Source: Candidatus Kaiserbacteria bacterium (GTDB taxonomy: Bacteria; Patescibacteriota; Minisyncoccia; Phycocordibacterales; UBA2100). From it: a DNA stretch of 50,805 nt. The notes under the pieces were generated by a model. The model was not told the origin of the DNA. It did no database searches and saw only the letters and a list, made by a program, of their open reading frames with translations. This document shows positions 42,778 to 50,805 of this stretch, piece by piece. Each line of letters opens with the position of its first letter. Position 1 is the stretch's first letter. Position numbers and translations under genes: made by a program. The stretch covers positions 1-50,805 of the forward strand of contig JAFAPB010000070.1 of the NCBI GenBank assembly GCA_019247335.1, read 5' to 3'.

Positions 42778-42856
42778 CGCGTCATACTAGCGTAGCCGTG
42801 CGGCGGCGTAAATTGGCTCTGTACAAGCTTGGAGCGGTCGGGAGTATACTGGCGCC

Positions 42857-43402
42857 ATGAAAGCCGATGTACTCCTCACGGGCGAGCGGATCGACCTCCG
42901 GCCGCTTTCCATAGCGGAGATCGACGGCCCGTACCTTGGCTGGCTGAACGACAGCGAAGTGTGCCGCTATAACTCCCACGGCGAAGTCGAATATACGAAA
43001 GAAATGGCACGGGAGTACGTCGAACGCGTCACCGATTCTCCCGAATATCTCGTCCTCGCGATTCTGACGAAAGCGGGAAAACATATCGGCAATATTTCGC
43101 TGCAGGAGATCAATGCGCGCAATCGTGCCGCTGAATTTGCCATTCTGCTCGGTGATAAAGACTATTGGGGCAAAGGATTCGCCAAAGAGGCGTCGCTCCT
43201 TATCATCCGATACGGATTCGAGCGCCTCGATCTGCATCGCATCTATTGCGGTACCTCGATCGAAAACGCGGCGATGCAGAAGCTCGCGCATTCACTCGGC
43301 TTTCAGGAAGAAGGACGGCGACGCGAGGCGTTTTTCAAGCGCGGCGCATTCACCGACGTCGTCGAATACGGACTCCTTAAAAGCGAATTCCGCGCCGCAT
43401 AA
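42857..43402 (+). CDS. GNAT-family N-acetyltransferase (RimJ/RimL/PseH-like)
   Basis: ERIDLRPLSIAEIDGPYLGWLNDSEV...GNISLQEINARNRAAEFAILLGDKDYWGKGFAKEA... Confidence 0.85.
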   Translation: MKADVLLTGERIDLRPLSIAEIDGPYLGWLNDSEVCRYNSHGEVEYTKEMAREYVERVTDSPEYLVLAILTKAGKHIGNISLQEINARNRAAEFAILLGDKDYWGKGFAKEASLLIIRYGFERLDLHRIYCGTSIENAAMQKLAHSLGFQEEGRRREAFFKRGAFTDVVEYGLLKSEFRAA

Positions 43403-43422
43403 GGTGCGCGTATACTGCGTCT

Positions 43423-44628
43423 ATGACATCGGGGCCGCTTTTTCCGCACCTCACATACTGCACGCGCTGCTGCATTCCCGAGACGCAAGAAGGCGTCGCC
43501 TTTGACGAGCTCGGCATTTGCCGCGCGTGCCAATCTTCCGAGCAGAAGATCCACATCAACTGGGTCGAACGCGAGGCCGCGCTCCGCAAAATTCTCGACG
43601 ACGCGAAGTCGCGCGCGGGCAACAATTACGACTGCATCATCCCGATTTCCGGCGGGAAGGACAGCACGTATCAGCTGCATGTGCTGACGAAGATCTACGG
43701 CATGAAGCCGCTCGCGGTCACGTTCAGCCACAATTGGTGGTCGGAGAGCGGCTGGTACAACCTCCAGAACTCGCTCGAGACGTTCAACGTCGACCACATG
43801 GTCTTTACGCCGAATCGCGCGCTCATCAACCGGCTCGCAAAAAATTCGGTCGAGAAGATCGGCGACGTCAGCTGGCACGATCATGGCGGCGTGGGATCCT
43901 ACCCCTTGCAGGTCGCGGTGAAATTTAAGATTCCGCTCCTCATCTGGGGCGAATCGCTCGCGGAGAATTCCGGCCGCGCGTCATACCTCGATCCCGTGCA
44001 TAAATTCGACCGTGAGTATTTCATCAGGCAGTCCGCGAAAGTGACGGCGGGCGAGATGGCGTACGACGGCGTGACGGAACGCGACATGTTCCCGTTCACC
44101 GTGCCCTCGCAGGAAGAGATCGATGCGGCGAACGTGTGGGGTATTCACCTCGGCGATTATCTTTTCTGGGACGACGAGCGGCAGACCGAATTTTTGCGCG
44201 ACACGTACGGCTGGAAGGAGACGCAGATGGAGGGCACGTACAAGCGTTACAAGAGCGTCGAGGACGTGATGTCGGGCATGCACGATTTCACCTGCTATTT
44301 GAAGCGCGGCTATGGACGCGCGACCGAGCAGGCGAGTCTCGACGTGCGCAACGGACTCCTGACGCGCGACGAGGCGTTCGCGCTCATCGCCGAGCACGAT
44401 CCGGAAAAGCCGGAAGCGCTCGATTACTATCTCGCGATCACCGGGCAGAGCGAACAGGAATTCTATGCGACGATGGAGAAGATCCGCGTTCCCCAGATGC
44501 GCGGCATTGATATCCCCGTCAAAGAAAAGCATGCAAAAAATGAGGAACGCATCCTCCCGTTTCCGGAGCAGCTCATTCAGAAGTTCAACAAGACCGATTC
44601 GAAGCGTTCCTATTTGAATGATCTATGA
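43423..44628 (+). CDS. N-acetyl-sugar amidotransferase (PP-loop ATPase; WbpG/WbuX/PseA-like)
   Basis: N-terminal Zn-ribbon CTRCCIPETQ...GICRACQ, the PP-loop IIPISGGKDSTYQ, and 401 aa. Confidence 0.8.
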   Translation: MTSGPLFPHLTYCTRCCIPETQEGVAFDELGICRACQSSEQKIHINWVEREAALRKILDDAKSRAGNNYDCIIPISGGKDSTYQLHVLTKIYGMKPLAVTFSHNWWSESGWYNLQNSLETFNVDHMVFTPNRALINRLAKNSVEKIGDVSWHDHGGVGSYPLQVAVKFKIPLLIWGESLAENSGRASYLDPVHKFDREYFIRQSAKVTAGEMAYDGVTERDMFPFTVPSQEEIDAANVWGIHLGDYLFWDDERQTEFLRDTYGWKETQMEGTYKRYKSVEDVMSGMHDFTCYLKRGYGRATEQASLDVRNGLLTRDEAFALIAEHDPEKPEALDYYLAITGQSEQEFYATMEKIRVPQMRGIDIPVKEKHAKNEERILPFPEQLIQKFNKTDSKRSYLNDL

Positions 44629-45968
44629 ATCGCATCTTTCTCGATCACCCGATCGGCGAGCTCGTCGCGAAGATCCAGGCGCAAGAATTATCGCCAGACG
44701 ATCTCATGCGCGCCGCGATCGACAATATCGCCGAGATGGACGGGCAATTCCACGCGTGGACGGCGTATCGCGATACGGGCTGGCAGGCGCGAACCACGCC
44801 GATGGACGGCTACGCCGTGCCGGAGAAACTTCTGGACGGAATACCGGTGGGCGTCAAAGACATCTACAACACCGTCGATTTCGCGACCGAAATGGGCTCG
44901 CCGATCTGGAAAGGATTCACGCCCGGGAACGACGCACGCGCCGTCTATCATCTGAAGCGGCAGGGTGCGCAGGTCGCGGGGAAGACCGTCACCGCCGAAT
45001 TCGCGGTGCATGCGCTCGATAAGACGCTCAATCCCTGGGACGTGACGAAGACCCCTGGTACCTCGTCGAGCGGCTCGGCCGTCGCGATCGCGCTCGGGCA
45101 GGTGCCGCTTGCGACCGGCTCGCAGACCGCCGGCTCGATCGTGCGTCCGGCCAGTTTCTGCGGCGTCTACGGTATGAAGCCCTCATTCGGCACGATCCCG
45201 CGCACCGGTACGCTTAAAACGACCGACAGTCTCGACACGCTCGGCTTTTTCACGATTCACGAGGCGGATCTGCGGCGCGGCTTCGATGCCGTGCGCATAC
45301 GCGGACTCGATTACCCGATAAGCAATTCCGCGCTTGCCGATGAATCGCGGCAGAAAAAGCCTACGGATCGCCCGTGGCGCGTCGCGCTCGCAAAAGCGCA
45401 TACATGGCAATACGCGTCCGACTATGCACAGAAAGCGCTCGAAGGGTTTGCAGAGAAGCTGACGAAAAACGGCATCGAGATCACTGAAGCACAATTACCG
45501 AGCGCGCTTGAGCGCAGCCACGAGATTCACGAGACGATCTATAACAAAGCGCTGTCGTATTACTTCAAAGGCGAATACAAGCAGTCGGATTTCGTTTCTC
45601 CGATCATGAACGAACTCATTGCGAAGGGGAACATGATCTCGTCCGAAATCTACAAGCAAGTGCTGCAGGATCAGCTCGACCTCATCCGTGCGATGGATAC
45701 GTTCTTTGCTGATTGCGACGTACTGATATCGCTCTCGACCGCGGGGGAGGCGCCGCCGCGCGAGATCACGGAATCGCCCGACCCCTCGCTCATCTGGACG
45801 CTCGCTCATCTGCCGGTCGTTTCGGTACCGCAATTCAGCTCGCCCGCAAAACTGCCGTTCGGCTTCCAGGCGGCGGCGCGCAAATACAACGATTACTTGC
45901 TCCTCGATTTTCTCGACGAGCTGCGCGAGAAGGGTATGATCCCATCACGCGGCGGTTTATATGAGTGA
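44625..45968 (+). CDS. Amidase-signature (GatA-like) amidase
   Basis: GVKDIYNTVDFATEMGSPIW...GKTVTAEFA...GTSSSGSAVAIALG...TGSQTAGSIVRPASFCG is the amidase signature. ATGA overlap with the amidotransferase gene. Confidence 0.85.
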   Translation: MNRIFLDHPIGELVAKIQAQELSPDDLMRAAIDNIAEMDGQFHAWTAYRDTGWQARTTPMDGYAVPEKLLDGIPVGVKDIYNTVDFATEMGSPIWKGFTPGNDARAVYHLKRQGAQVAGKTVTAEFAVHALDKTLNPWDVTKTPGTSSSGSAVAIALGQVPLATGSQTAGSIVRPASFCGVYGMKPSFGTIPRTGTLKTTDSLDTLGFFTIHEADLRRGFDAVRIRGLDYPISNSALADESRQKKPTDRPWRVALAKAHTWQYASDYAQKALEGFAEKLTKNGIEITEAQLPSALERSHEIHETIYNKALSYYFKGEYKQSDFVSPIMNELIAKGNMISSEIYKQVLQDQLDLIRAMDTFFADCDVLISLSTAGEAPPREITESPDPSLIWTLAHLPVVSVPQFSSPAKLPFGFQAAARKYNDYLLLDFLDELREKGMIPSRGGLYE

Positions 45969-46902
45969 CACATACACGGTCGGCATCGTGGGAGCGGGGC
46001 GCATGGGCTCGACCTTCGATGCGCCGGGTTCGCCACGCGTCCTCACGCACGCACACGCGTTTTCGAGAAATCCACGGACCCGGTTGATCGGGATCGCGGA
46101 TCTCGATGTGGCCAAGGCGGACCATGAAGCAAGAAAATGGGATACAAACGCGTACGGAGACTTTGCGCGGCTTCTCACGGCGAAGCCCGATATTGTCGTG
46201 ATCGCGACTCCGGATACGGAACATACCCGCATGATCAAAGAGGCCGCGAGCGTGGCGAAACTTATCATCTGCGAGAAGCCCGCTGCGGTGAATAATGCAG
46301 AAGCAGAAGCGTTGAAAGAGTACGAGGGCGCGCCCGTTGTCGTTAATTACCGGCGCCGCTTCGACGAGACGATGATCGCGCTTGCGCGAGAGATTGCCGC
46401 CGGCACGTACGGCACTGTCATCTCCGCATCAGCCATTTATTCCAAAGGACTTTTGCACAGCGGATCGCATATGATCGATCTCGCACGCATGCTCTTCGGC
46501 GAGATAACCAGTGCAAAGGCACTCGCCACGATCAACGATTGGGAAGGCGATGACACGATCGCAGGCTTCGCCGCATTCGAACGGTGCCCGCAGTTTTATC
46601 TCGAAACGGGCGACGAGCGCGCGTATTCCATCTTCGAAATTGATGTCAGGCTCGAGAAGCGCCGCATCAGACTGACGGATGAGGGCATCCGCATGAGCGT
46701 GCAGGAGATCGTGCCCGATCCCGTGTACGACGGCTTTGTCGTCTTGGGCGCTGAAGCAGTGACCGAGACGAAACTCTTGAGCGCAATGGAGAATCTCGCG
46801 CAGCATTCGGTCGATTTCCTCGACGGAAAGACGCCGCTCCGCTCGTCGCTCGCGGAAGCGCTCAAAACGTACGAGGCGTGCATGCGATTCCGTTTCGAGT
46901 AG
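45961..46902 (+). CDS. Gfo/Idh/MocA-family NAD(P)-dependent oxidoreductase
   Basis: VGIVGAGRMGS...VVIATPDTEHTRMI...ICEKP. Confidence 0.8.
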   Translation: MSDTYTVGIVGAGRMGSTFDAPGSPRVLTHAHAFSRNPRTRLIGIADLDVAKADHEARKWDTNAYGDFARLLTAKPDIVVIATPDTEHTRMIKEAASVAKLIICEKPAAVNNAEAEALKEYEGAPVVVNYRRRFDETMIALAREIAAGTYGTVISASAIYSKGLLHSGSHMIDLARMLFGEITSAKALATINDWEGDDTIAGFAAFERCPQFYLETGDERAYSIFEIDVRLEKRRIRLTDEGIRMSVQEIVPDPVYDGFVVLGAEAVTETKLLSAMENLAQHSVDFLDGKTPLRSSLAEALKTYEACMRFRFE

Positions 46903-46911
46903 AATTGCCCC

Positions 46912-48231
46912 ATGGCAAAGCTCGCGATAAACGGCGGTACTCCGGTCCGCGATCCGAAGGACCTTTTTCCCGCGTACAATCCGATCGGCAAGGAGGAAGA
47001 AGATGCGGCGGTACGTGTGATCCGTTCGGGCGCGCTCTCCAAATTCATCGGCGCATGGGACGAGAAAGACCCTGCATTTTTCGGCGGGCCCGAAGTGCGC
47101 GCGTTCGAGAGCGAGTGGGCGAAGAAATTCGGCGTGAAGCACGCCGTCTCGATGAACTCGGCGACCTCCGGGCTCGTCGCGGCGCTCGGCGCGATCGGGC
47201 TCGAGCCGGGCGATGAGGTCATCGTCACGCCGTATTCGATGTGCATTTCGGCGACCGCGCCGCTTTTTTACGGCGCCGTGCCGGTTTTTGCCGATGTGGA
47301 GCCTGAATATTTTTGCCTCGATCCGCAATCCGTCGAAGCCGCGGTGACCGAGCGCACCAAAGCGATCCTCGTCGTCGACCTCTTCGGTCAGTCGCACGAT
47401 GCCGATGCCATCAATGCGATCGCCAAAAAGCATAATCTGAAAGTCGTCGCGGATTCCGCGCAGATCCCGAGCGGTATGTACAAAGGCAGATACGCCGGCA
47501 CGCTCTCGGATATCGGCGTGTTTTCGCTCAATTTCCATAAACACATCCATACGGGCGAGGGCTCGGTCGTCGTGACGGACGACGATGCGCTCGCCGAGCG
47601 GCTGCAGCTCATCAGAAATCACGCAGAGGCCGTCGTCGAGGACAAGGGCGTCACGAATATCGTGAATATGGTCGGGCACAATTTCCGCTTTACGGAAGTC
47701 GCCGCCGCGATGGCGCGCGAGCAGCTGAAAAAACTCGACGGGCTCGTCGACGAGCGACTCAAGAACATCGCGTACATCAATGAGCGCTGCGCCGATATGC
47801 CGGGATTTCGTCCCGCAAACGCCCGGCCCGATACGAAGCACGTGTATTACATGCACGCTTTTTTGTACGACGAAGCGCAGACGGGCGTGCCGCGCGATAG
47901 GTTTTTCAAGGCGCTCATGGCGGAGCTCGCGCCCTCGAAGGGGCAGGAAGAAGAGGGGGTCCTCATGGGCCAGGGCTATGTGAAGCCCATCTACTGGCTT
48001 GCGATCTTCCAGCAGCAGATCGCGTTCGGCTCAAAAGGGTTTCCGTTCAAATCGGAATTTTACAAGGGCGTCGCACGCTATGAAAAAGGCATATGCCCGG
48101 TCGCTGAGCGGCTGCATGAGAAAGAAATGGTCACGCACGATATGATGCGGCCCGGCATGACAAAGAAAGATCTCGATGACGTTATTGGAGCGTTCCACAA
48201 GGTCTATGAGAACCGCGCGGAACTCGCGTAA
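46912..48231 (+). CDS. DegT/DnrJ/EryC1/StrS-family PLP-dependent sugar aminotransferase (PseC-like role)
   Basis: ...FESEWAKKFGVKHAVSMNSATSGL...SLNFHKHIHTGEGSVVVT... (Lys of the PLP site). ATG lies 6 nt after TAGAAT. Confidence 0.85.
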   Translation: MAKLAINGGTPVRDPKDLFPAYNPIGKEEEDAAVRVIRSGALSKFIGAWDEKDPAFFGGPEVRAFESEWAKKFGVKHAVSMNSATSGLVAALGAIGLEPGDEVIVTPYSMCISATAPLFYGAVPVFADVEPEYFCLDPQSVEAAVTERTKAILVVDLFGQSHDADAINAIAKKHNLKVVADSAQIPSGMYKGRYAGTLSDIGVFSLNFHKHIHTGEGSVVVTDDDALAERLQLIRNHAEAVVEDKGVTNIVNMVGHNFRFTEVAAAMAREQLKKLDGLVDERLKNIAYINERCADMPGFRPANARPDTKHVYYMHAFLYDEAQTGVPRDRFFKALMAELAPSKGQEEEGVLMGQGYVKPIYWLAIFQQQIAFGSKGFPFKSEFYKGVARYEKGICPVAERLHEKEMVTHDMMRPGMTKKDLDDVIGAFHKVYENRAELA

Positions 48232-49132
48232 GGCGCCGATCCCCGTCTTCGTTCACGACGCAGGCGGTGGGGAAGTGATCGGTGCGTACATAAAGAATGT
48301 ATTGCGCCGACGTGCGCGCGTCTACGGCGCCGGTCCGGCGCTGAAGATCTTCAAGCGCATTGGCGTGCCGATCACGCGCATCTCGCCGGCTCGCGCCTCG
48401 ATCAAAAAAATCGTCGCGCGCCATCTCGATGCCCCGTATGCGCTCATTGCCGCGCCGGGCTGGATGACGAAGCTTGAGATACATGCGCTCGAGGAGGCGA
48501 AGGCGGCAGGACTCAAGACGGTCGTCTATATGGATTCATGGATGGACGACCGCCGACGCTTCGGGTACCCGCACCCGGATTGGAAGAAACGCCTTCCTAA
48601 AGAGTTTTGGGCGGGGGATCGTTATGCGCTTCAAAACACACGGAAAGAATTCAAAGACATCCCCGCGCGCCTGGTGCCGAATCAATATTTCAAGAATGAG
48701 CGTGCGCGATTGCGCGGAATACGAAGCGGTAAGCGCTCCCACGAAACGATTCTTTTTGCGAGCACGATCGGGGAGCCGAGCGAGCGGCTCCTCAAGGCGC
48801 TCCTTACGAGTCTCGATTCGTGCGCAGCGAAAGTAACGCTTCGCATTCGATTCCATCCGGCCGATCGAACGGGCCGCTATGACGCGATCCTGCGTAGATC
48901 GCGGAAACTCCGTGTGCAGAAATCGCGGGAAGCCGATCTCGTACGCGACCTTGCGCGCGCAGCGATCGTTGTTGGCAGCGAAACGGCAGCGCTCGCGCTC
49001 GCTTCGTATTGCGGGCTTACGACAGTGAATTTCGTGCCGAATAAGAAGCGTCCCATGCTCCCGTTCAAGGAAATTGTCAACGCTGAAACGCCGGCTGACG
49101 CGGCGGCTTTTGTAGCCGAATTCGTCTCCTGA
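48206..49132 (+). CDS. Hypothetical protein, possibly GT-B-fold (PseG-like?)
   Basis: GC3-rich ORF. The start is uncertain (ATG 48176 or 48206; both overlap the aminotransferase 3' end). The call rests on weak resemblance to a GT-B C-terminal half and on locus position only. Confidence 0.4.
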   Translation: MRTARNSRKAPIPVFVHDAGGGEVIGAYIKNVLRRRARVYGAGPALKIFKRIGVPITRISPARASIKKIVARHLDAPYALIAAPGWMTKLEIHALEEAKAAGLKTVVYMDSWMDDRRRFGYPHPDWKKRLPKEFWAGDRYALQNTRKEFKDIPARLVPNQYFKNERARLRGIRSGKRSHETILFASTIGEPSERLLKALLTSLDSCAAKVTLRIRFHPADRTGRYDAILRRSRKLRVQKSREADLVRDLARAAIVVGSETAALALASYCGLTTVNFVPNKKRPMLPFKEIVNAETPADAAAFVAEFVS

Positions 49133-49176
49133 AACGACTGTCCAGCATAGGGGCTTCATGGTAAGGTGGGCGCCAT

Positions 49177-50172
49177 ATGTCGATCATCGACGGCAAGACC
49201 GTGCTGATAACGGGTGGTACGGGTTCCTTCGGAAAGGCATGCGTCCGGCAGATCCTGGTGAAGCACAAGCCAAAAGCAGTCCGCATTTTCAGCCGCGACG
49301 AGCTCAAGCAATGGGACATGCGGCGCGAATTCAACGACGATCCGCGGCTGCGCTTTTTGATCGGCGATGTGCGCGATGCGTCTCGCGTCCGCCGCGCGAC
49401 CGAAGGCGTCGATATCTTGATCCATGCGGCCGCGATGAAACAGGTGCCGGCCTGCGAATACAATCCGATGGAGGCAATTAAGACGAATGTCGACGGCGCG
49501 ATGAATGTGATCAATGCGGCGCTCGACAACAATATCCCCCGCGTGATCGCGCTCTCGACCGACAAGGCGGCGAGCCCGGTCAATCTCTACGGCGCGACCA
49601 AGCTCTGCTCCGACCGCCTTTTTATACAATCGAATGAATATCGCGGCCCGAAGCGCGACACCATGTTCAGCGTCGTGCGCTACGGCAACGTAATGGGCAG
49701 CCGCGGCTCGGTCATCCCACTCTTTCGCAAGCAAAAGGAAAAGGGCGAGCTCACGATCACGCACGAAGAGATGACGCGTTTCTGGATCACGCTGCCGCAG
49801 GCCGTCGACCTCGTGCTCTCCTCACTCGAGGTCATGCAGGGAGGCGAGCTCTTTGTGCCTAAGATCCCGACGATGAAGATCGTCGACCTCGCGAAGACGA
49901 TCGCGCCCGAAGCGACCTGCCGCGTCGTCGGCATTCGTCCGGGCGAGAAGATGCACGAATGCCTCATCACGCAGGAAGAAGGTCGTCTTGCGTACGAGCT
50001 CGCGGATCGCTACGTCGTCCTCTCACCGTCACTTTCGGATATGCCCGATATAAAGAAATACAAGAAGGCGAAGAAGCTGCCGGAGGGCTTTGAATATCAC
50101 AGCCACACCAACGACAAGACTCTTTCGCCGAAGGAGATGTCGAAACTCCTCGCCGAGATCGACGCGCACTGA
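49177..50172 (+). CDS. pseB: UDP-N-acetylglucosamine 4,6-dehydratase (inverting), PseB/FlaA1 type
   Basis: GKTVLITGGTGSFGKA...FSRDELKQWDM...RFLIGDVRD...HAAAMKQVPACEYNPMEAIKTNVDGA...STDKAASPVNLYGATKLCSD...VRYGNVMGSRGSVIPLF...MTRFWITL. Confidence 0.9.
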   Translation: MSIIDGKTVLITGGTGSFGKACVRQILVKHKPKAVRIFSRDELKQWDMRREFNDDPRLRFLIGDVRDASRVRRATEGVDILIHAAAMKQVPACEYNPMEAIKTNVDGAMNVINAALDNNIPRVIALSTDKAASPVNLYGATKLCSDRLFIQSNEYRGPKRDTMFSVVRYGNVMGSRGSVIPLFRKQKEKGELTITHEEMTRFWITLPQAVDLVLSSLEVMQGGELFVPKIPTMKIVDLAKTIAPEATCRVVGIRPGEKMHECLITQEEGRLAYELADRYVVLSPSLSDMPDIKKYKKAKKLPEGFEYHSHTNDKTLSPKEMSKLLAEIDAH

Positions 50173-50175
50173 TCT

Positions 50176-50805
50176 ATGGCTGCGAATCGTTTTTCCGGCA
50201 CGATCACGATCGGGAAGCGGAAGATCGGTCCCGGGCACCCGACGTATTTCATCGCGGAGATCGGCGCGAATTTCGACGGCGACCTCAAAAAAGCGAAGGA
50301 ATACGCGCGCATCGCGAAGGAATGCGGTGCGGACTGCGCGAAGATTCAGACCTTCAAGGCGAAGAAAATCGTTTCCCGCGAGGGGTTCGCATCGATGAAG
50401 CTCAAAGGAGTGCATGGTTCGTGGAAGCGGCCCGTCGATGAGGTCTTTGCGGAAGTGGAGTTCCCGCGCGAATGGCATCAGAAATTCTTCGATTACTGCC
50501 GCGAGATCGGCATCACGCCCTCGACCGCGCCGTACGATTATGAAGCGGTCGACCTTGTCGACAAGATCGGCATGGATTTCTATAAGATCGGCTCCGGGGA
50601 TATCACGTGGCTCGAAATGATCGAATACATCGCGTCCAAAGGAAAGCCCGTCATGCTCGCGACCGGCGCCTCGACGCTCGCCGAAGTCGACGAAGCGGTC
50701 CGCACGATCGAAAAGACGGGGAACCGCGATCTCGTCCTCATGCAGTGCATTACGAACTATCCGTCGAAATTCGAGAGCGCGAATGTGAACGTGCTCAATA
50801 CCTAC
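50176..50805 (+). CDS. pseI: NeuB-family nonulosonic acid synthase (pseudaminic acid synthase-like), 5' partial; runs off the window
   Basis: Not in the ORF track because there is no stop inside the window. ATG 50176 lies 3 nt after the pseB stop. Sequence: ...TYFIAEIGANFDGDLKKAKEYARIAKECGADCAKIQTF...KIGSGDITWLEMIEYIASKGKPVMLATGAS...LMQCITNYPS... Confidence 0.8.
   Translation, partial: MAANRFSGTITIGKRKIGPGHPTYFIAEIGANFDGDLKKAKEYARIAKECGADCAKIQTFKAKKIVSREGFASMKLKGVHGSWKRPVDEVFAEVEFPREWHQKFFDYCREIGITPSTAPYDYEAVDLVDKIGMDFYKIGSGDITWLEMIEYIASKGKPVMLATGASTLAEVDEAVRTIEKTGNRDLVLMQCITNYPSKFESANVNVLNTY

Noticed and set aside
46429-47856. 475-aa antisense ORF opposite the oxidoreductase and aminotransferase genes
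   Set aside because: Same reasoning: it is a shadow ORF, and the plus strand encodes clear Gfo/Idh/MocA and DegT family proteins.
1-50805. CRISPR arrays, cas genes and alternative genetic code (UGA recoding)
   Set aside because: I saw no regularly spaced direct repeats anywhere. TGA functions as a stop at precisely coupled junctions (e.g. 8587..8589 before the ATG at 8591; ATGA overlaps at 33903 and 44625), so the standard bacterial code applies.

Overview
This is a gene-dense, GC-rich bacterial chromosomal fragment that uses the standard genetic code; TGA works as a stop at tightly coupled gene junctions. It opens inside a very divergent 16S rRNA. That divergence and the gene content resemble Patescibacteria/CPR-like uncultivated bacteria, which is inference only.

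The 16S is followed by a terminator rather than a 23S gene. Its 3' tail lacks the CCUCC anti-Shine-Dalgarno core.

Gene content in order:
- an AT-richer single-gene island encoding a HEPN-motif protein
- small VOC/YdeI/DUF1801 proteins
- an amylo-alpha-1,6-glucosidase plus GT4 pair
- tRNA-Ile(GAU), murA, a csp gene, a cyclase and a lone purN-like gene
- tRNA-Leu(CAG) with a truncated tandem copy
- a Cys-rich repeat protein, an SDR and a CofE-like ligase
- a minus-strand cobalamin-riboswitch operon (two DUF4430/transcobalamin-like exported proteins and a small polytopic membrane protein)
- zwf-gnd, murC and rsmI
- a low-GC HExxH protein
- a fused L,D-transpeptidase/DD-carboxypeptidase
- an orphan TraD/VirD4-like ATPase
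- a ~420-nt AT-rich non-coding segment bounded by inverted consensus DnaA boxes
- an intact IS256-family element
- more than 21 kb of glycan and nonulosonic-acid (pseudaminic-acid-type) biosynthesis genes running off the window end

The most interesting signals are:
1. The B12-riboswitch operon, as a candidate non-canonical corrinoid capture/uptake system.
2. The 16S that lacks the anti-SD core and is not linked to a 23S.
3. A -10 box 6-8 nt upstream of about 20 start codons, implying mostly leaderless mRNAs.
4. A PP-loop sugar amidotransferase translationally coupled to a GatA-like amidase.

All functional calls come from reading motifs in the supplied translations; no database search was run.
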